Part shown: positions 50,207-61,016 of the stretch, one piece after another
Position numbering within the stretch: position 1 is the first letter of the stretch
Layout of the letters: every line of letters starts with the position of its first letter
Assembly (NCBI GenBank): GCA_048270185.1
Contig: JBLWTJ010000001.1
Coordinates: forward strand, 832,001-896,000
DNA: 64,000 nt
Reading direction: 5' to 3'
Source: Bacteriovoracaceae bacterium
Lineage (GTDB): Bacteria > Bdellovibrionota > Bacteriovoracia > Bacteriovoracales > Bacteriovoracaceae
Notes under the pieces: model-generated
What the model saw: only the letters and a program-made list of their open reading frames with translations
Told to the model about the DNA's origin: nothing
Databases searched by the model: none
Made by a program: the position numbers and the translations under genes

Positions 50207-50545
50207 TTATTGTAGCATCTTCTGTAAGTCATCTCGAACTTCCATTTTTTTAAACGGTGGAACATTACTTCCTCCTGTATTACCTATTGGTAGAATACCA
50301 AACATAGAACCTAATACTCCTGTAGGAATACGAAATAATTGACCTATGATTTCTTTTAAATCTTTTTGCAAGAAACCAATTTTAAGCATATAGATATGAG
50401 TAATCGTGTGAGGAATTATATACCTTTGCCCCAAGACATGTGCGTCCTCAAGAAAAGAGAAAGCTTCCTCATATTGCTTTAAACTAATTAATCCCTTGGC
50501 CTTTGCAAGTTTTAGGTAAAAATTCTTTTTTAGTTTCGTATTCAT
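50207..50545 (-). CDS. DUF3703-like protein
   Basis: LEDAHVLGQ, H...H..ML, EIIGQLFR, PIGNTGGSNV. Confidence 0.8.
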   Translation of the reverse strand: MNTKLKKNFYLKLAKAKGLISLKQYEEAFSFLEDAHVLGQRYIIPHTITHIYMLKIGFLQKDLKEIIGQLFRIPTGVLGSMFGILPIGNTGGSNVPPFKKMEVRDDLQKMLQ

Positions 50546-50558
50546 CAACAAAGTTCCA

Positions 50559-51326
50559 TTATTTATTATTAAAAGAAATTGAGTTAATATCTTCAATACT
50601 ACACAATGTTCTTAAATCACCGTTAGATTGTGTTTTTTTCTTTCTAAGCTTTGAAATTGTATTATTCATAATATGTCGAACTAATAATTTAAAAAGCACT
50701 TTTTTTAGACCTTTAGGATTTGTTCCATACTTCTCGTAAAACTCATCAGGTGAATCAAATATACCTAAATCTTTTACAATACCTTCTTTTTGAATATAGG
50801 TATTATTATTCCCACTCCACTCTACCTGAGGAGACTGGAAGTCATCACTAGCAACACCATATCCACAAAGTGTTTTAGGATTACTTGTGAAATATGACTT
50901 TAAAGAACTTAAATATTCTTTATCTAATATAAAACCTTCGAGGTTATACCAACTCCCATTGAAATTAACCTCAATCCAGCTATGAAAAATTTCTTTTGGA
51001 GTTAACCAATAAAAGATTCCTGTAACAGCTCCATATTGTAGTCTTTTATCAATCGTGAAACCATGAAAACGAGCTTCAATTCCGGCACCTCGAAGTAGTG
51101 CAAGTAAAAGGTTTGATTTTGTATTACATTGGCCATACCCATCATTCAAAACCTTTGAGGCAGGAATGTCATCACTCTCGTTATAACCAAATTTAATTTC
51201 ATCCCTAACGAACAAATAGCAAGCGTTTATTATCTCTTGTTGCTCAGTAAGACCGTTGGTTATCTTATCTATTACCCTTTTTATCTCATAGTGGTTAAAG
51301 TTTAAAATTTTTGTTTCATTCATCAT
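50559..51326 (-). CDS. Transglutaminase-like protein
   Basis: FVRDEIKFGYN, GYGQCNTK (Cys), HSWIEV (His). Confidence 0.88.
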   Translation of the reverse strand: MMNETKILNFNHYEIKRVIDKITNGLTEQQEIINACYLFVRDEIKFGYNESDDIPASKVLNDGYGQCNTKSNLLLALLRGAGIEARFHGFTIDKRLQYGAVTGIFYWLTPKEIFHSWIEVNFNGSWYNLEGFILDKEYLSSLKSYFTSNPKTLCGYGVASDDFQSPQVEWSGNNNTYIQKEGIVKDLGIFDSPDEFYEKYGTNPKGLKKVLFKLLVRHIMNNTISKLRKKKTQSNGDLRTLCSIEDINSISFNNK

Positions 51327-51367
51327 TGGACCTCTCTAGTTAATGTTTATTAAGTATAGAGCAAGCA

Positions 51368-52066
51368 TTAATTATGATCTTTTATAAACTGGCTATTCTT
51401 AAGGATTTCAGAAGGTGAAAGACCAAATGATGCCTTAATAACCTTTGATAAGTGTGTGGAATCACTGAAACCTGCTCCCAAGGCAATATCAGTTAATTTC
51501 ATGTTTTTATTGCTAGCAAAGGATGATATTGCTCTTCTAAGCTTCTTCCAAAGAATATACTTTCTAAAGGGTACTCCTACTTGTTCTTTAAACAAATGTA
51601 ACATTCTGCTTTCAGATAAGGCCATTTCTTTTGATATTTCACTCAGTCGAATTTCTTCTAGGAATTCAGCACTATCTATCATCTCTTTTACCTTAATAAT
51701 TCTAGAGTCTAAATTTTTACCACTTCCGAGTCCAAGGTGCTTAAGTAGAGGTTCAACATCTCCTATTTCAGTTGGAAAAGTATCGAGATTACGAAGCTTT
51801 GATCTCAATTCAGATAAATTAAACAAAGACTCATTATCTATTAAAATAGATAGGAAGTGAGAACAGCTCCCTAGAAAATTATGTGTTTCCTGAGAAGGAA
51901 TAAATACAACCTTTGAACTAATTAGCTCTTCCCCAACCTTAACTTCGAAAGACTCATCGTTTAACGAAAATGTTAATTGATGAGCAAGGTGAGAGTGTTT
52001 TTCGGTATTAAGAGAATCAGATATAATTACAGCGTAAAATTCAAATAGATAAATTTGATTATTCAT
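51368..52066 (-). CDS. AraC-family regulator
   Basis: HSHLAHQ cupin-like N-terminus; LSESRMLHLFK and AGFSDSTHL..FGLSP. Confidence 0.9.
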   Translation of the reverse strand: MNNQIYLFEFYAVIISDSLNTEKHSHLAHQLTFSLNDESFEVKVGEELISSKVVFIPSQETHNFLGSCSHFLSILIDNESLFNLSELRSKLRNLDTFPTEIGDVEPLLKHLGLGSGKNLDSRIIKVKEMIDSAEFLEEIRLSEISKEMALSESRMLHLFKEQVGVPFRKYILWKKLRRAISSFASNKNMKLTDIALGAGFSDSTHLSKVIKASFGLSPSEILKNSQFIKDHN

Positions 52067-52934
52067 TTCTCTCACACTTCGCTTCAAACTCAATTGTTGA
52101 ATATGTAACATTATAGGTCTTTAAAATCTCTTTTACTTTAATTTTCAATGAATCAACAGTCCCAATCTTTGTATCTTCTGGAACGAGGACATGAAACCGT
52201 AAATAGTAAGTCGAATCATCAATTGACCATCCTTTAACAGCGTGTATATCGTAGACGAGATCAAGATCCATTATTTCTTTTTTTAACTGCTCAAACTCAA
52301 GCTCATCAGGGAATTTTTGGAGAAAAATTAACCCAACTTTTATTAAATTTTTATAAACCCCTCTAAGTATTACTAAAGAAATCAAAATCGAAAGGATAGA
52401 ATCCAGTATATACCAAGGTTTAAATAGTAAAATCACACTCACAATTAATACAGCAACCCATCCAAGTAAATCCTCTAAGAGGTGAAACATGACCATTTTC
52501 GTATTCATGCCATCATCTTTAGACAACCTAAAAGCAGCAAATGAGTTAACTGCAATCCCTAGAATTGCTAGACCTAACATTCCTTCGGGAGATACTTTTT
52601 CTGGCGACATTATTCTTTGAGAAGCTTCATAAATCACGAAAATACTTCCCAATAATAAAATCATTCCATTAATTAGAGCTGAGAGTATAGAAAAGCGTCG
52701 ATAGCCAAATGTAAACTTCTTATCCGCATCTTTATGGCTTAATTTTTCAGCAAAGTATGAAAAGAGTAGAGCAAGACTATCGCCAAAGTCATGTAAAGCA
52801 TCGGAGTAAATAGCAACACTATTGGTTAAGTAGCCACCGATTAACTCTATAACTGCAAAACCAGCATTAAGAAAAAAGGCAACAAGTATGTTCTTGCTGC
52901 CATGATGATGTGAGTGATTATGCGTTCCTGACAT
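52059..52934 (-). CDS. czcD: CDF Zn/Co/Cd transporter (CzcD-like)
   Basis: His-rich N-terminus, SDALHDFGD, TFGYRR, HLLED. Confidence 0.88.
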   Translation of the reverse strand: MSGTHNHSHHHGSKNILVAFFLNAGFAVIELIGGYLTNSVAIYSDALHDFGDSLALLFSYFAEKLSHKDADKKFTFGYRRFSILSALINGMILLLGSIFVIYEASQRIMSPEKVSPEGMLGLAILGIAVNSFAAFRLSKDDGMNTKMVMFHLLEDLLGWVAVLIVSVILLFKPWYILDSILSILISLVILRGVYKNLIKVGLIFLQKFPDELEFEQLKKEIMDLDLVYDIHAVKGWSIDDSTYYLRFHVLVPEDTKIGTVDSLKIKVKEILKTYNVTYSTIEFEAKCERNE

Positions 52935-52946
52935 TATTCATCCTAT

Positions 52947-53228
52947 TTAGCGTCTTCCACCGCGATCTACCCAATTCTGATTTGCCTTTTTGATATTGGT
53001 TTCAAGGTCGTTCTTAAAGTCATTAAGTTTTTCACTAGTCGAAAAGTAATAAGTTTTTCCTCCGTGCTCAAACTTATATTCTACTTTGCCTTTAGTTTTT
53101 AAATCTCCATGAGCTACGCTATAGGCACATTGTTTTTCATACTTATGGTGATGATGCTCAGTTTTATTATGATGATGAGCACATGATGCTAAAAACATAG
53201 TTAGTAAGACTGCGATAAGGTATTTCAT
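52947..53228 (-). CDS. His-rich YHS-domain lipoprotein
   Basis: Lipobox LASC, HHH tracts, HGGKTYYFST. Confidence 0.75.
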   Translation of the reverse strand: MKYLIAVLLTMFLASCAHHHNKTEHHHHKYEKQCAYSVAHGDLKTKGKVEYKFEHGGKTYYFSTSEKLNDFKNDLETNIKKANQNWVDRGGRR

Positions 53229-56200
53229 TATAATTCTCCTTTAAATAGATTTGGTTGCATTTGTTTTATAAATAATCTGTATAAACTTGGTAATACTATC
53301 AATGTTAGTGCTGTCGCAGATAAGATTCCTCCAACAACAACAGTTGCAAGTGGTTTCTGTACTTCAGCACCAAGTCCAGTTGAAAACATCATTGGTAAAA
53401 ATCCAAAGATATCGGTTAGGGCAGTCATAAGAACAGGTCTAAGTCTTGTCATGGCCCCTTCTCTAACGACATCGTCTGGTGTTTTCCCATCTAAAATTAG
53501 TCTGTTAAAATATGTCACAAGGACAACCCCATTTAATATACTAATTCCACAAAGTGCTATAAAGCCAACTCCGGCTGATATACTAAAAGGCATATTCATA
53601 ACATTTAATGCAATAACACCTCCGATTAAGGCCATTGGCGCACATGCAAATATTAACACCACCTGAGAGAAGTTTTTAAATGCAGCATATAGCATTGCAA
53701 GAATTATCAAGAGGGCCATTGGAACAAGTACGCCTAATCTTTCTTTGGCACTTTGAAGGTTTTTAAAACTACCTCCCCATTCGATGTAATACCCCTCTGG
53801 AAGCTTTACTTTTTCTTCAACCATTTTCTTAGCTTTATTTACAAAGCTTTCAATATCTCTAACTTCAGGATTAATAAGTACAGCAATACGCCTTTGCGAG
53901 TTTTCTCGACCTACAGCCGAGAAGGTCTCTACAAAATCAATATCTGCGACTTGTTCAATGGGAACAGTATGACCTTCAGCAATACCAACAGGTAATTTTC
54001 TAACTGTCATTATGTCTTTTCGTTCTTCCTCAGAAAGCCTAGTTACAATAGGAAACTTGCGTACTCCATCATAGACATGTCCTACTTCTCGACCTCCAAT
54101 CGCCGTGTTAATTGCATCTAGTACTGGACGTGCAGTAACTCCCAATTGAGCTAGTTCATCCATTTTGGGTGTATATTGAAGTAGAGGTGATTTTCCTTTA
54201 GATTCAGACTCAGCCTCTCCCGCTCCCTCAATACTACCAACAATTTCAGCAACCTCTTTGGAGTATGCTATTAGTTTATCCAAATCTTCACCGAATACTT
54301 TTGCTGAAACATCTGCACGAGTTCCTTCTAAAAGCTCATTAAAACGTAATTCGACTGGTTGAGAAACTAGCATAACTTGACCAGGGACATGTAAATCTAA
54401 TTTTTCCTTTACAGCCTTCATCAAACTCTTTTTGTCCGTAATAGAACTATCTTTCGGCCATTCTTCTTTGTTGTTAAGCATCACATATGAGTCTGAGATA
54501 TTCACACCCATCGGATCTGTTGCTACCTCCGCAGCTCCAGTTCTCGCAAAAACATTTTTAACCTGTGGAAAATCCAAAACAATTTTCTCTGAAAGTCTCT
54601 GTAATTTTACCGAGTTCTCAATACTAATATTAGCAGGACGAATAAATTGTAACGCAAAATCACCTTCATCAAGTTGAGGAATAAATTCTGCACCTAATCT
54701 TGAGAATAAAAATACCCCCACGACTATTGAAGCTATTCCAATACCAAGAACAAACTTTTTTGCCCTTAATGCCATACCTAATGTAGGACTAAATGCCTTT
54801 TCAGCGAGACTCATTAAGAATGGTTTTTTATCTCTTGTTTTTCCACTTAAGAATGTTGCGGCCAATGCAGGAACAACTGTAAAAGAAAGGAGAAGCGCTG
54901 ATGCTAAGGCCATTATAAATGTTGTAGCCATAGGGCCAAACATTTTACCTTCAACACCAGTTAGGGCAAAAAGTGGAATAAAAACTACAATAACAATTAA
55001 TTCACCAAACCCAGCAGCAGACCGAATTTCAATTGCTGAGTCTATGACTACTTGCTTAACCTCGGCTCTGGTCATTTCTCTTCCAAGCATCTTTCCTTTA
55101 CTTTGAAGTCGATGTACACAGTTTTCTATAACAATAACAGCTCCATCAATAATAATCCCAAAATCAAGAGCACCCAAACTCATTAAGTTACCAGATACAT
55201 TTTGCCACTTCATTAAGATAAAGGTCATAAGAAGTGATACAGGAATCATAAGAGATGTAATAATTGCTGCTCTTATATTACCAACAAGTAAAAGTAAGAA
55301 TAGTATTACAAGTCCTGCCCCCATTAGTAGGTTATGCTCTACTGTCCCAAGAGTAGCATCTACCATATTTGATCGATCATAAAGCACCTTGAGTTTTACC
55401 CAAGGAGGTAGATCCTTTTTAATATCATCAAGTTTTACAGACACTCTTTGAGCTACAGCTCTAGAGTTTTCCCCAAGCAGCATAAAAGCTGTTCCAATAA
55501 TAGACTCTTCGCCATTTACAGTTGCAGCTCCTGTTCTAATCTCTTTATCGTATTTTACTTGGGAAATATCCTTAATCTTTATGACTTGATATGAAGAAAG
55601 TCTTTTTACAACGACTGACTCAATATCTTTAATATTATTTAATAACCCAACTCCTCTAACGAGAAGTTGCTCTCCTGTCTGCTGAATATAACCGCCACCA
55701 ACATTTAGATTAGTACGTTCAATCGCAGACTCAATATCATCAAAATGAAGACCATATTTGGCCATTTCCTGAATATTTGGCTGGATAAAAAACTGTTTTT
55801 CATATCCACCAATAGTATTAACTTCGGTGACTCCTTTAACGGTTAGAAGTCTTGGCTTAATAAACCAATCTTGAAGAGATCTCAAGTCCATTAGTTGAAT
55901 CAATCTTTTTTCAGGGTCTGTTTCAGGAACCTTAGCTTCAATTGAGTAATGGAAAATTTCTCCAAGTCCAGTACTAATAGGGCCCATTTCTGGAACAACT
56001 CCATCTGGTAGCTCAATATTTTGAAGCTTTTCAGAAGCAAGTTGCCTGGCCCTAAAAATATCCGTCTCTTCTTTAAAGATAACAGTTACTTGAGAAATAC
56101 CATATCGAGATATTGAACGAATTGTTTCAACGCCAGGAATTCCATTCATAGAATATTCAATCGGAAAAGTTACCATTCTCTCGACTTCTTCTGGAACTAG

Positions 56201-56365
56201 GCCTTTCACCTGTGTGTTTATTTGAACTTGTGTATTGGTGATATCAGGAACAGCATCAATAGATAACTCCTGAAAAGACTTCATACCAAATACAATCAGT
56301 AGCAATGTTGCCATAAAGACAAACATTCGATTATTTACGGAGAATTCAATAACTTTATTAATCAT
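53228..56365 (-). CDS. czcA: Heavy-metal efflux RND transporter (CzcA/CusA family)
   Basis: IDAVPDITN, NLMSLGALDFGIIIDG, RLRPVLMTAL; 1045 aa. Confidence 0.95.
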   Translation of the reverse strand: MINKVIEFSVNNRMFVFMATLLLIVFGMKSFQELSIDAVPDITNTQVQINTQVKGLVPEEVERMVTFPIEYSMNGIPGVETIRSISRYGISQVTVIFKEETDIFRARQLASEKLQNIELPDGVVPEMGPISTGLGEIFHYSIEAKVPETDPEKRLIQLMDLRSLQDWFIKPRLLTVKGVTEVNTIGGYEKQFFIQPNIQEMAKYGLHFDDIESAIERTNLNVGGGYIQQTGEQLLVRGVGLLNNIKDIESVVVKRLSSYQVIKIKDISQVKYDKEIRTGAATVNGEESIIGTAFMLLGENSRAVAQRVSVKLDDIKKDLPPWVKLKVLYDRSNMVDATLGTVEHNLLMGAGLVILFLLLLVGNIRAAIITSLMIPVSLLMTFILMKWQNVSGNLMSLGALDFGIIIDGAVIVIENCVHRLQSKGKMLGREMTRAEVKQVVIDSAIEIRSAAGFGELIVIVVFIPLFALTGVEGKMFGPMATTFIMALASALLLSFTVVPALAATFLSGKTRDKKPFLMSLAEKAFSPTLGMALRAKKFVLGIGIASIVVGVFLFSRLGAEFIPQLDEGDFALQFIRPANISIENSVKLQRLSEKIVLDFPQVKNVFARTGAAEVATDPMGVNISDSYVMLNNKEEWPKDSSITDKKSLMKAVKEKLDLHVPGQVMLVSQPVELRFNELLEGTRADVSAKVFGEDLDKLIAYSKEVAEIVGSIEGAGEAESESKGKSPLLQYTPKMDELAQLGVTARPVLDAINTAIGGREVGHVYDGVRKFPIVTRLSEEERKDIMTVRKLPVGIAEGHTVPIEQVADIDFVETFSAVGRENSQRRIAVLINPEVRDIESFVNKAKKMVEEKVKLPEGYYIEWGGSFKNLQSAKERLGVLVPMALLIILAMLYAAFKNFSQVVLIFACAPMALIGGVIALNVMNMPFSISAGVGFIALCGISILNGVVLVTYFNRLILDGKTPDDVVREGAMTRLRPVLMTALTDIFGFLPMMFSTGLGAEVQKPLATVVVGGILSATALTLIVLPSLYRLFIKQMQPNLFKGEL

Positions 56366-56373
56366 GTTAATTC

Positions 56374-57048
56374 CTAGTGTGAGTGACCGTACTCTGATTT
56401 ATCTGTTGAATAAACATCTGTTACTCGTAAAAGACCAACGCCATTTACAACAATCTGATCTCCAAAATCAACACCTTTAACTTCTACCTGATAGCCATCA
56501 GAAAGCTCTTTTGTAATTTTCGCTGGCATAAACTTAAAAAATCCTGCTCTAAACCTATACACACCTTTTTTATTTTTGGATGCCACTAAAGTCTTCTTAG
56601 AAATCTTAAAAGAAGAACCATCTACTGTATTAAGTTTTAGTTTCAAAGTCTTAATGGCTTCTTTTGAAAGTTTGAACCCTTTAATTTCATCTACTTCCTC
56701 TATAGCTTTTCCTTTTCCAATGGCCTTTCCTCCACCGTGTCCTTCATGAGAACCATGACCTTCGTGTGAACCATGATCATGCCCATCTTCTTCTTTATGT
56801 TTATCATGCTCATGACCGTCATCTTCATTGTGGCCTTTATGCCCATGATCATCGTGGCCGGCATGAGAATCTTTCTTCTTTTTTTTCTTGTGATTATGAC
56901 CATCCCCATCACTGTGGTCATGAGATTCCTCTTTAGAATGCTTTTCTTTTTTTTCATGAGAACTGTGATCATGTCCATCTTCTGCAAAAGAACTAAATCC
57001 TAGAAGGGATGTAACTATAATTCCTGATAATATTAATTTACGATTCAT
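56374..57048 (-). CDS. His-rich periplasmic protein resembling a minimal adaptor (MFP C-terminal part only)
   Basis: Signal peptide, ~85-aa H/D/E/K/G tract, VEVKGVDFGDQIVVNGVGLL. Confidence 0.65.
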   Translation of the reverse strand: MNRKLILSGIIVTSLLGFSSFAEDGHDHSSHEKKEKHSKEESHDHSDGDGHNHKKKKKKDSHAGHDDHGHKGHNEDDGHEHDKHKEEDGHDHGSHEGHGSHEGHGGGKAIGKGKAIEEVDEIKGFKLSKEAIKTLKLKLNTVDGSSFKISKKTLVASKNKKGVYRFRAGFFKFMPAKITKELSDGYQVEVKGVDFGDQIVVNGVGLLRVTDVYSTDKSEYGHSH

Positions 57049-57609
57049 TTATATCTCCTGTTTATAATATTTACTACATTCTGATTCATCTAAGTGAGTG
57101 CTTCCAAATAAACCCTTTAAGTTATTAAGAATTTCATAAGAGTTCTCAAGATAATTTGAAAATGATTGTGGACACACGTCAAAATATCCTTCAATGCATT
57201 TATCTCTAATCTCTTCAACCATTTCTTTCTCAACGAGAGTTGCTGAGCAAAACTCTCCGATTTCCATAACTGATCTTATCTCCCTAACTAATTGTTTTCT
57301 CTTTCTTCGTGTGCCGATATTATTCTTTATATAATCATTAAGTTCAGTAATCTTTAGTGAGAAATCATTAATAACAACAAGATAATCTGCATCAAATTTA
57401 TTAAACAGTTCCTCGTCCATTATTTTTAGATTAATATTCTCAAAATCTAAAATACCTTTGACTTTAGTCGCTTCAGCGGTAGATGAGTTTACAGTTTTAC
57501 ATATTCGGATTTTACTCCCGGGCCTTTTCTTGCATACTCGCTCACTTGCATATACATTTTGAATAAGCAAAATACTGAAAATAAAAAACGCTATATTTCT
57601 AGTTTTCAT
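57049..57609 (-). CDS. Secreted Cys-containing hypothetical protein
   Basis: Signal peptide ending VYA; six Cys. Confidence 0.65.
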   Translation of the reverse strand: MKTRNIAFFIFSILLIQNVYASERVCKKRPGSKIRICKTVNSSTAEATKVKGILDFENINLKIMDEELFNKFDADYLVVINDFSLKITELNDYIKNNIGTRRKRKQLVREIRSVMEIGEFCSATLVEKEMVEEIRDKCIEGYFDVCPQSFSNYLENSYEILNNLKGLFGSTHLDESECSKYYKQEI

Positions 57610-57613
57610 AACT

Positions 57614-58858
57614 CTATTCCTCTATATTTAAAATTGGACCACTACTGTAATCACCACTAAAAGTGATCCTTTTGAGTTTCTCTACTAAATCTGAAAATCG
57701 AAACTGATATGAGAGTAGTAATATTTTAGATGCATATAGATTGTCTAAAATCTCGACCATTTCCATAACGTTAAGGGTTCCACCAATCGCGATGTGGCTC
57801 ATCATTGCTTCATAATTAGAATTAGCTAATTCAATTCTCTCTTGAGTAATAGTGTAGTTATGAATTAAAGAGTTATATTCTTTAACAAGAACATTTACTT
57901 GTCTCTTAATGATTTCTATCGTTCCTTTGAGCTGTGTCTTTAATATTCTTCCCTCAGATTTAGAGATTCGTATGCTAGCTCCCATACCAAATCCCAATCC
58001 ATCCTGAATTGGTATATGATCAAAAACTCCATTTCCTTCACCCATTGAGAATGTAGATGTTCCTAAAATACTAAAGTTAATTTGTCCTCTCACTTTAGAA
58101 AGGGCATTAATCAAGTGTTCATACTGAACGACTTCAGGAGATGCTTCTATCGCTTTAAATATAATTTTAGAAAAATCAATTTTAGAAGCTCCCTCTAGCT
58201 TCGGAAGTATTGGAGGTTGAATCACAACATCTTCTTCATTATTAATTCCTGTTAGAAACTGTAGTTCTTTTATCTCTGAGTAAACTAAATTTTCAAGATT
58301 TCGTGAGTCCTCTACCAGTGAAAGATATCTATCCCTTACTAAGTTGTAAGCGAATAAGTTTCCATTTCCAAAAATATTTCTGGTCTTTGCAATTTCCATT
58401 ATTTCTTTATATTTTTTTTGCTTTTGCAGAACAAGATTAGCAAAAACTTCGTCACGATAAACACTTACAAATAGTAATTTTGCTGTATTAACTTCATTGG
58501 CCCAAAGTGCTCTATATTGTTCTTTTCTAGCTTTATAAAGATGCTTGGATTGAGCGACTTTAAACCAATTTGCTGGAACTAAAAAAGGTGCAAAGTCTTG
58601 GATAATATCTCCAATGGCCAGAGGGTCAACAAAAACCGCTGGAAGCTTAAGTAGATTCCAAATATTTAACTTTGGAAGCAAATTAGCACGGGAAAACTTT
58701 ATGTTTTCTTTTTTTTGGTAAACTCGCTCAGCATTTTCTATTACAAGAAAGTTGTCGTTAGAGACCTTCTTAGCAACATCTTCTAGCTTTAGTTCTACTG
58801 GGCCTGCAAAGGAAAATGAAGAAGATATGAGTATTGATATCAGTAATAAGTTCTTCAT
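57614..58858 (-). CDS. TolC-like outer membrane efflux protein
   Basis: Signal peptide; LKLEDVA, SRANLLPKLN, AIEASPEV repeat pattern. Confidence 0.72.
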   Translation of the reverse strand: MKNLLLISILISSSFSFAGPVELKLEDVAKKVSNDNFLVIENAERVYQKKENIKFSRANLLPKLNIWNLLKLPAVFVDPLAIGDIIQDFAPFLVPANWFKVAQSKHLYKARKEQYRALWANEVNTAKLLFVSVYRDEVFANLVLQKQKKYKEIMEIAKTRNIFGNGNLFAYNLVRDRYLSLVEDSRNLENLVYSEIKELQFLTGINNEEDVVIQPPILPKLEGASKIDFSKIIFKAIEASPEVVQYEHLINALSKVRGQINFSILGTSTFSMGEGNGVFDHIPIQDGLGFGMGASIRISKSEGRILKTQLKGTIEIIKRQVNVLVKEYNSLIHNYTITQERIELANSNYEAMMSHIAIGGTLNVMEMVEILDNLYASKILLLSYQFRFSDLVEKLKRITFSGDYSSGPILNIEE

Positions 58859-58860
58859 AA

Positions 58861-59514
58861 TTAAATCCTTGTAAGAGAAAAGTTATAGATCATAGCATTG
58901 GTACTAGAGCGCAATTTCCCCTTAAACTCTTGAATGTAGTTTACGAATCCGTCTTTTATTTGATTTGCCAAGGCATGGCTCTGTGCCATAACGTCCTGAT
59001 CCTCTACATTTTGTCCGTCATCAGGTGTATCGGACAGAAAAAGCTGATAAGTATTTGAACACCCCTCAGAAATTAAGTTCATAATACCTTTCTTTAAGTC
59101 AGGCTTAATATTTTGTAAAACACAACCAACGGCTGATAATTGACTATTAGGGTTCCATTGCATTATTTGAACGTTTAAATTTAAATTTTGAAGTTCATAC
59201 TCTAGCTCTGCAAGTGTCCTAGTTCGATCAACATCATAATCTGGAATAGTTGGTGTAATTAGCAAACGGATCATGTAAGTAGATTCTTTTACGGAAAACT
59301 GTCCTTCAAACTCTCCTTCAACTGCATTGATAAAAGTTCTTCTTTTATCTAAGTCAACTTCAAGTTTTTCTGCCCACTCCTGTAGGTTTTGGTTTTGAGC
59401 ATTAATTTCTTCTTTTGTCTGTATCCCTGTTTGTTCTTTCAATCCCTCTTCGCCATCGCTACATGCGATCAGTGAAAGTAACATAAATGCCATAAGTATT
59501 ATTTTTGACTTCAT
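58861..59514 (-). CDS. Hypothetical lipoprotein
   Basis: Lipobox LIAC. Confidence 0.7.
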   Translation of the reverse strand: MKSKIILMAFMLLSLIACSDGEEGLKEQTGIQTKEEINAQNQNLQEWAEKLEVDLDKRRTFINAVEGEFEGQFSVKESTYMIRLLITPTIPDYDVDRTRTLAELEYELQNLNLNVQIMQWNPNSQLSAVGCVLQNIKPDLKKGIMNLISEGCSNTYQLFLSDTPDDGQNVEDQDVMAQSHALANQIKDGFVNYIQEFKGKLRSSTNAMIYNFSLTRI

Positions 59515-59534
59515 AATATCCCCCTTAGTAGGTT

Positions 59535-60755
59535 TTAAAGTTTTTTATTCTCAATTTCCCCATTTAACTTATATATATTCCAAAGAGCTTCCGTTGCTCC
59601 ATTTTCAAATTCAAACCTTGTGTTAAAAAATTCTATTAATTGTCTGTGTGACTCAATTACAAGTGATGTAGAAATAATTCCTCTCTTAAATAGAGATTCA
59701 ATTTTTCTATGCTTTTTTTCTAATTTTTCTTTATTTGCAATGGTTTTTAGTGAATCTTTATATTGGTTGTACTTTTGCACCCACGATTGAATATCTAGCT
59801 TACTTTCTTGCTTTATGTTCCTCAAGTTCAGGCTTGCCGCTAAAACATCTTTAGCTGCCTTTGCTCTACCACCACCATTAATATTCAGTATTGGTAAGTC
59901 CATTGTTAGCGCAATACCGACAGTGTTTGTTTGGCTGACATTAAGCTTTTCATATTCATAAGTTGGCCCAATCTGAAGATTTGGGTAACTATTAGATTTT
60001 TCTAAATCTAAGTTCGATTTTGCCAACTCTAAAGCAAGTGATGCTATTTTAAGCTTTGAGTAGTTCTCAACTTTCATATCACTATTAAAACTCTCACTTA
60101 AATTCACAGTAAAAGGAAGAGCGTTTCGTGGGATAATGCAGTTTTCTCCCATAAAGAAAGACAAATGTGTTGTTAGATTCATTTTTTCAGAATTAAGCTG
60201 CGAGATTTTAAGCTTATAATCATTTACAGCTAATTCAAGAGTTTCACCTTCTACCTGTTGTTCAGGAGAAAGAGACTTTCTTTTCTTGATAGTTCTTAGA
60301 ATTTTATTGAATGCATCTAAAGACTCTTTATAAAGAGGAATCAATTCATATACTTGCCTCAAGCGGTGAAGTTTAATAACTGTATCAATTATAGTTTGCT
60401 GGTTTTCAAATTCTGCTACGGCCATGCCAGTCTTAAATGTATTTCTTGCAACATTAACCCTTGAGTCACGTTTTCCGCCTAGCTCAAAAGTGTGCTTTAG
60501 AGAAACAGAGGTACGATAAATATTTCCCTCAACTGAGTCACCAACAGTACTCTCGGCATCTAACTCAGGATTAGGTCTTTGTCCTGCTACTTCTATAGTA
60601 GATTCGAGAGCCTTTCCCTTTGCCTCATTAAAAGCGATACTTGGATGGTTTTTCTTAACTAGCTCTAAGATATCATTTGAACTTTTAAGGTTACATTTTG
60701 CATAAGTATTAAATGTACAAATACTAATAAAGATGACTAATAAACTATTCTTCAT
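59535..60755 (-). CDS. czcC: CzcC/TolC-like outer membrane factor
   Basis: NHP, RPNPEL, ELGGKRDSR, YPNLQIG, DLPI motifs. Confidence 0.85.
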   Translation of the reverse strand: MKNSLLVIFISICTFNTYAKCNLKSSNDILELVKKNHPSIAFNEAKGKALESTIEVAGQRPNPELDAESTVGDSVEGNIYRTSVSLKHTFELGGKRDSRVNVARNTFKTGMAVAEFENQQTIIDTVIKLHRLRQVYELIPLYKESLDAFNKILRTIKKRKSLSPEQQVEGETLELAVNDYKLKISQLNSEKMNLTTHLSFFMGENCIIPRNALPFTVNLSESFNSDMKVENYSKLKIASLALELAKSNLDLEKSNSYPNLQIGPTYEYEKLNVSQTNTVGIALTMDLPILNINGGGRAKAAKDVLAASLNLRNIKQESKLDIQSWVQKYNQYKDSLKTIANKEKLEKKHRKIESLFKRGIISTSLVIESHRQLIEFFNTRFEFENGATEALWNIYKLNGEIENKKL

Positions 60756-61016
60756 TCCCATTTTTCCTTTTTTTATATGAGAGGGGCGAGAGATCTCTCC
60801 CACTCTAACTTCTTAAAGTAACCAAAATCATGTTTGTGCTTATTGCTCAAAGAGTTAACTCTATTATCTGACAATGCCTCTAGAGGACTGGCTCCTACAG
60901 GCAATGCTGTTATCAAAGCTAAATTGTTATTAAATTTCATTAAACTTCACCTAATTAGTTAGTAATTATTCCAAGTAAGCATACGCATAGATGCTTATAA
61001 AGAATCTAAAATCTAA

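Noticed and set aside
56700..57003. Met/Ile-rich alternative ORFs
   Set aside because: Frame and strand shadows of the His/Asp-rich tract
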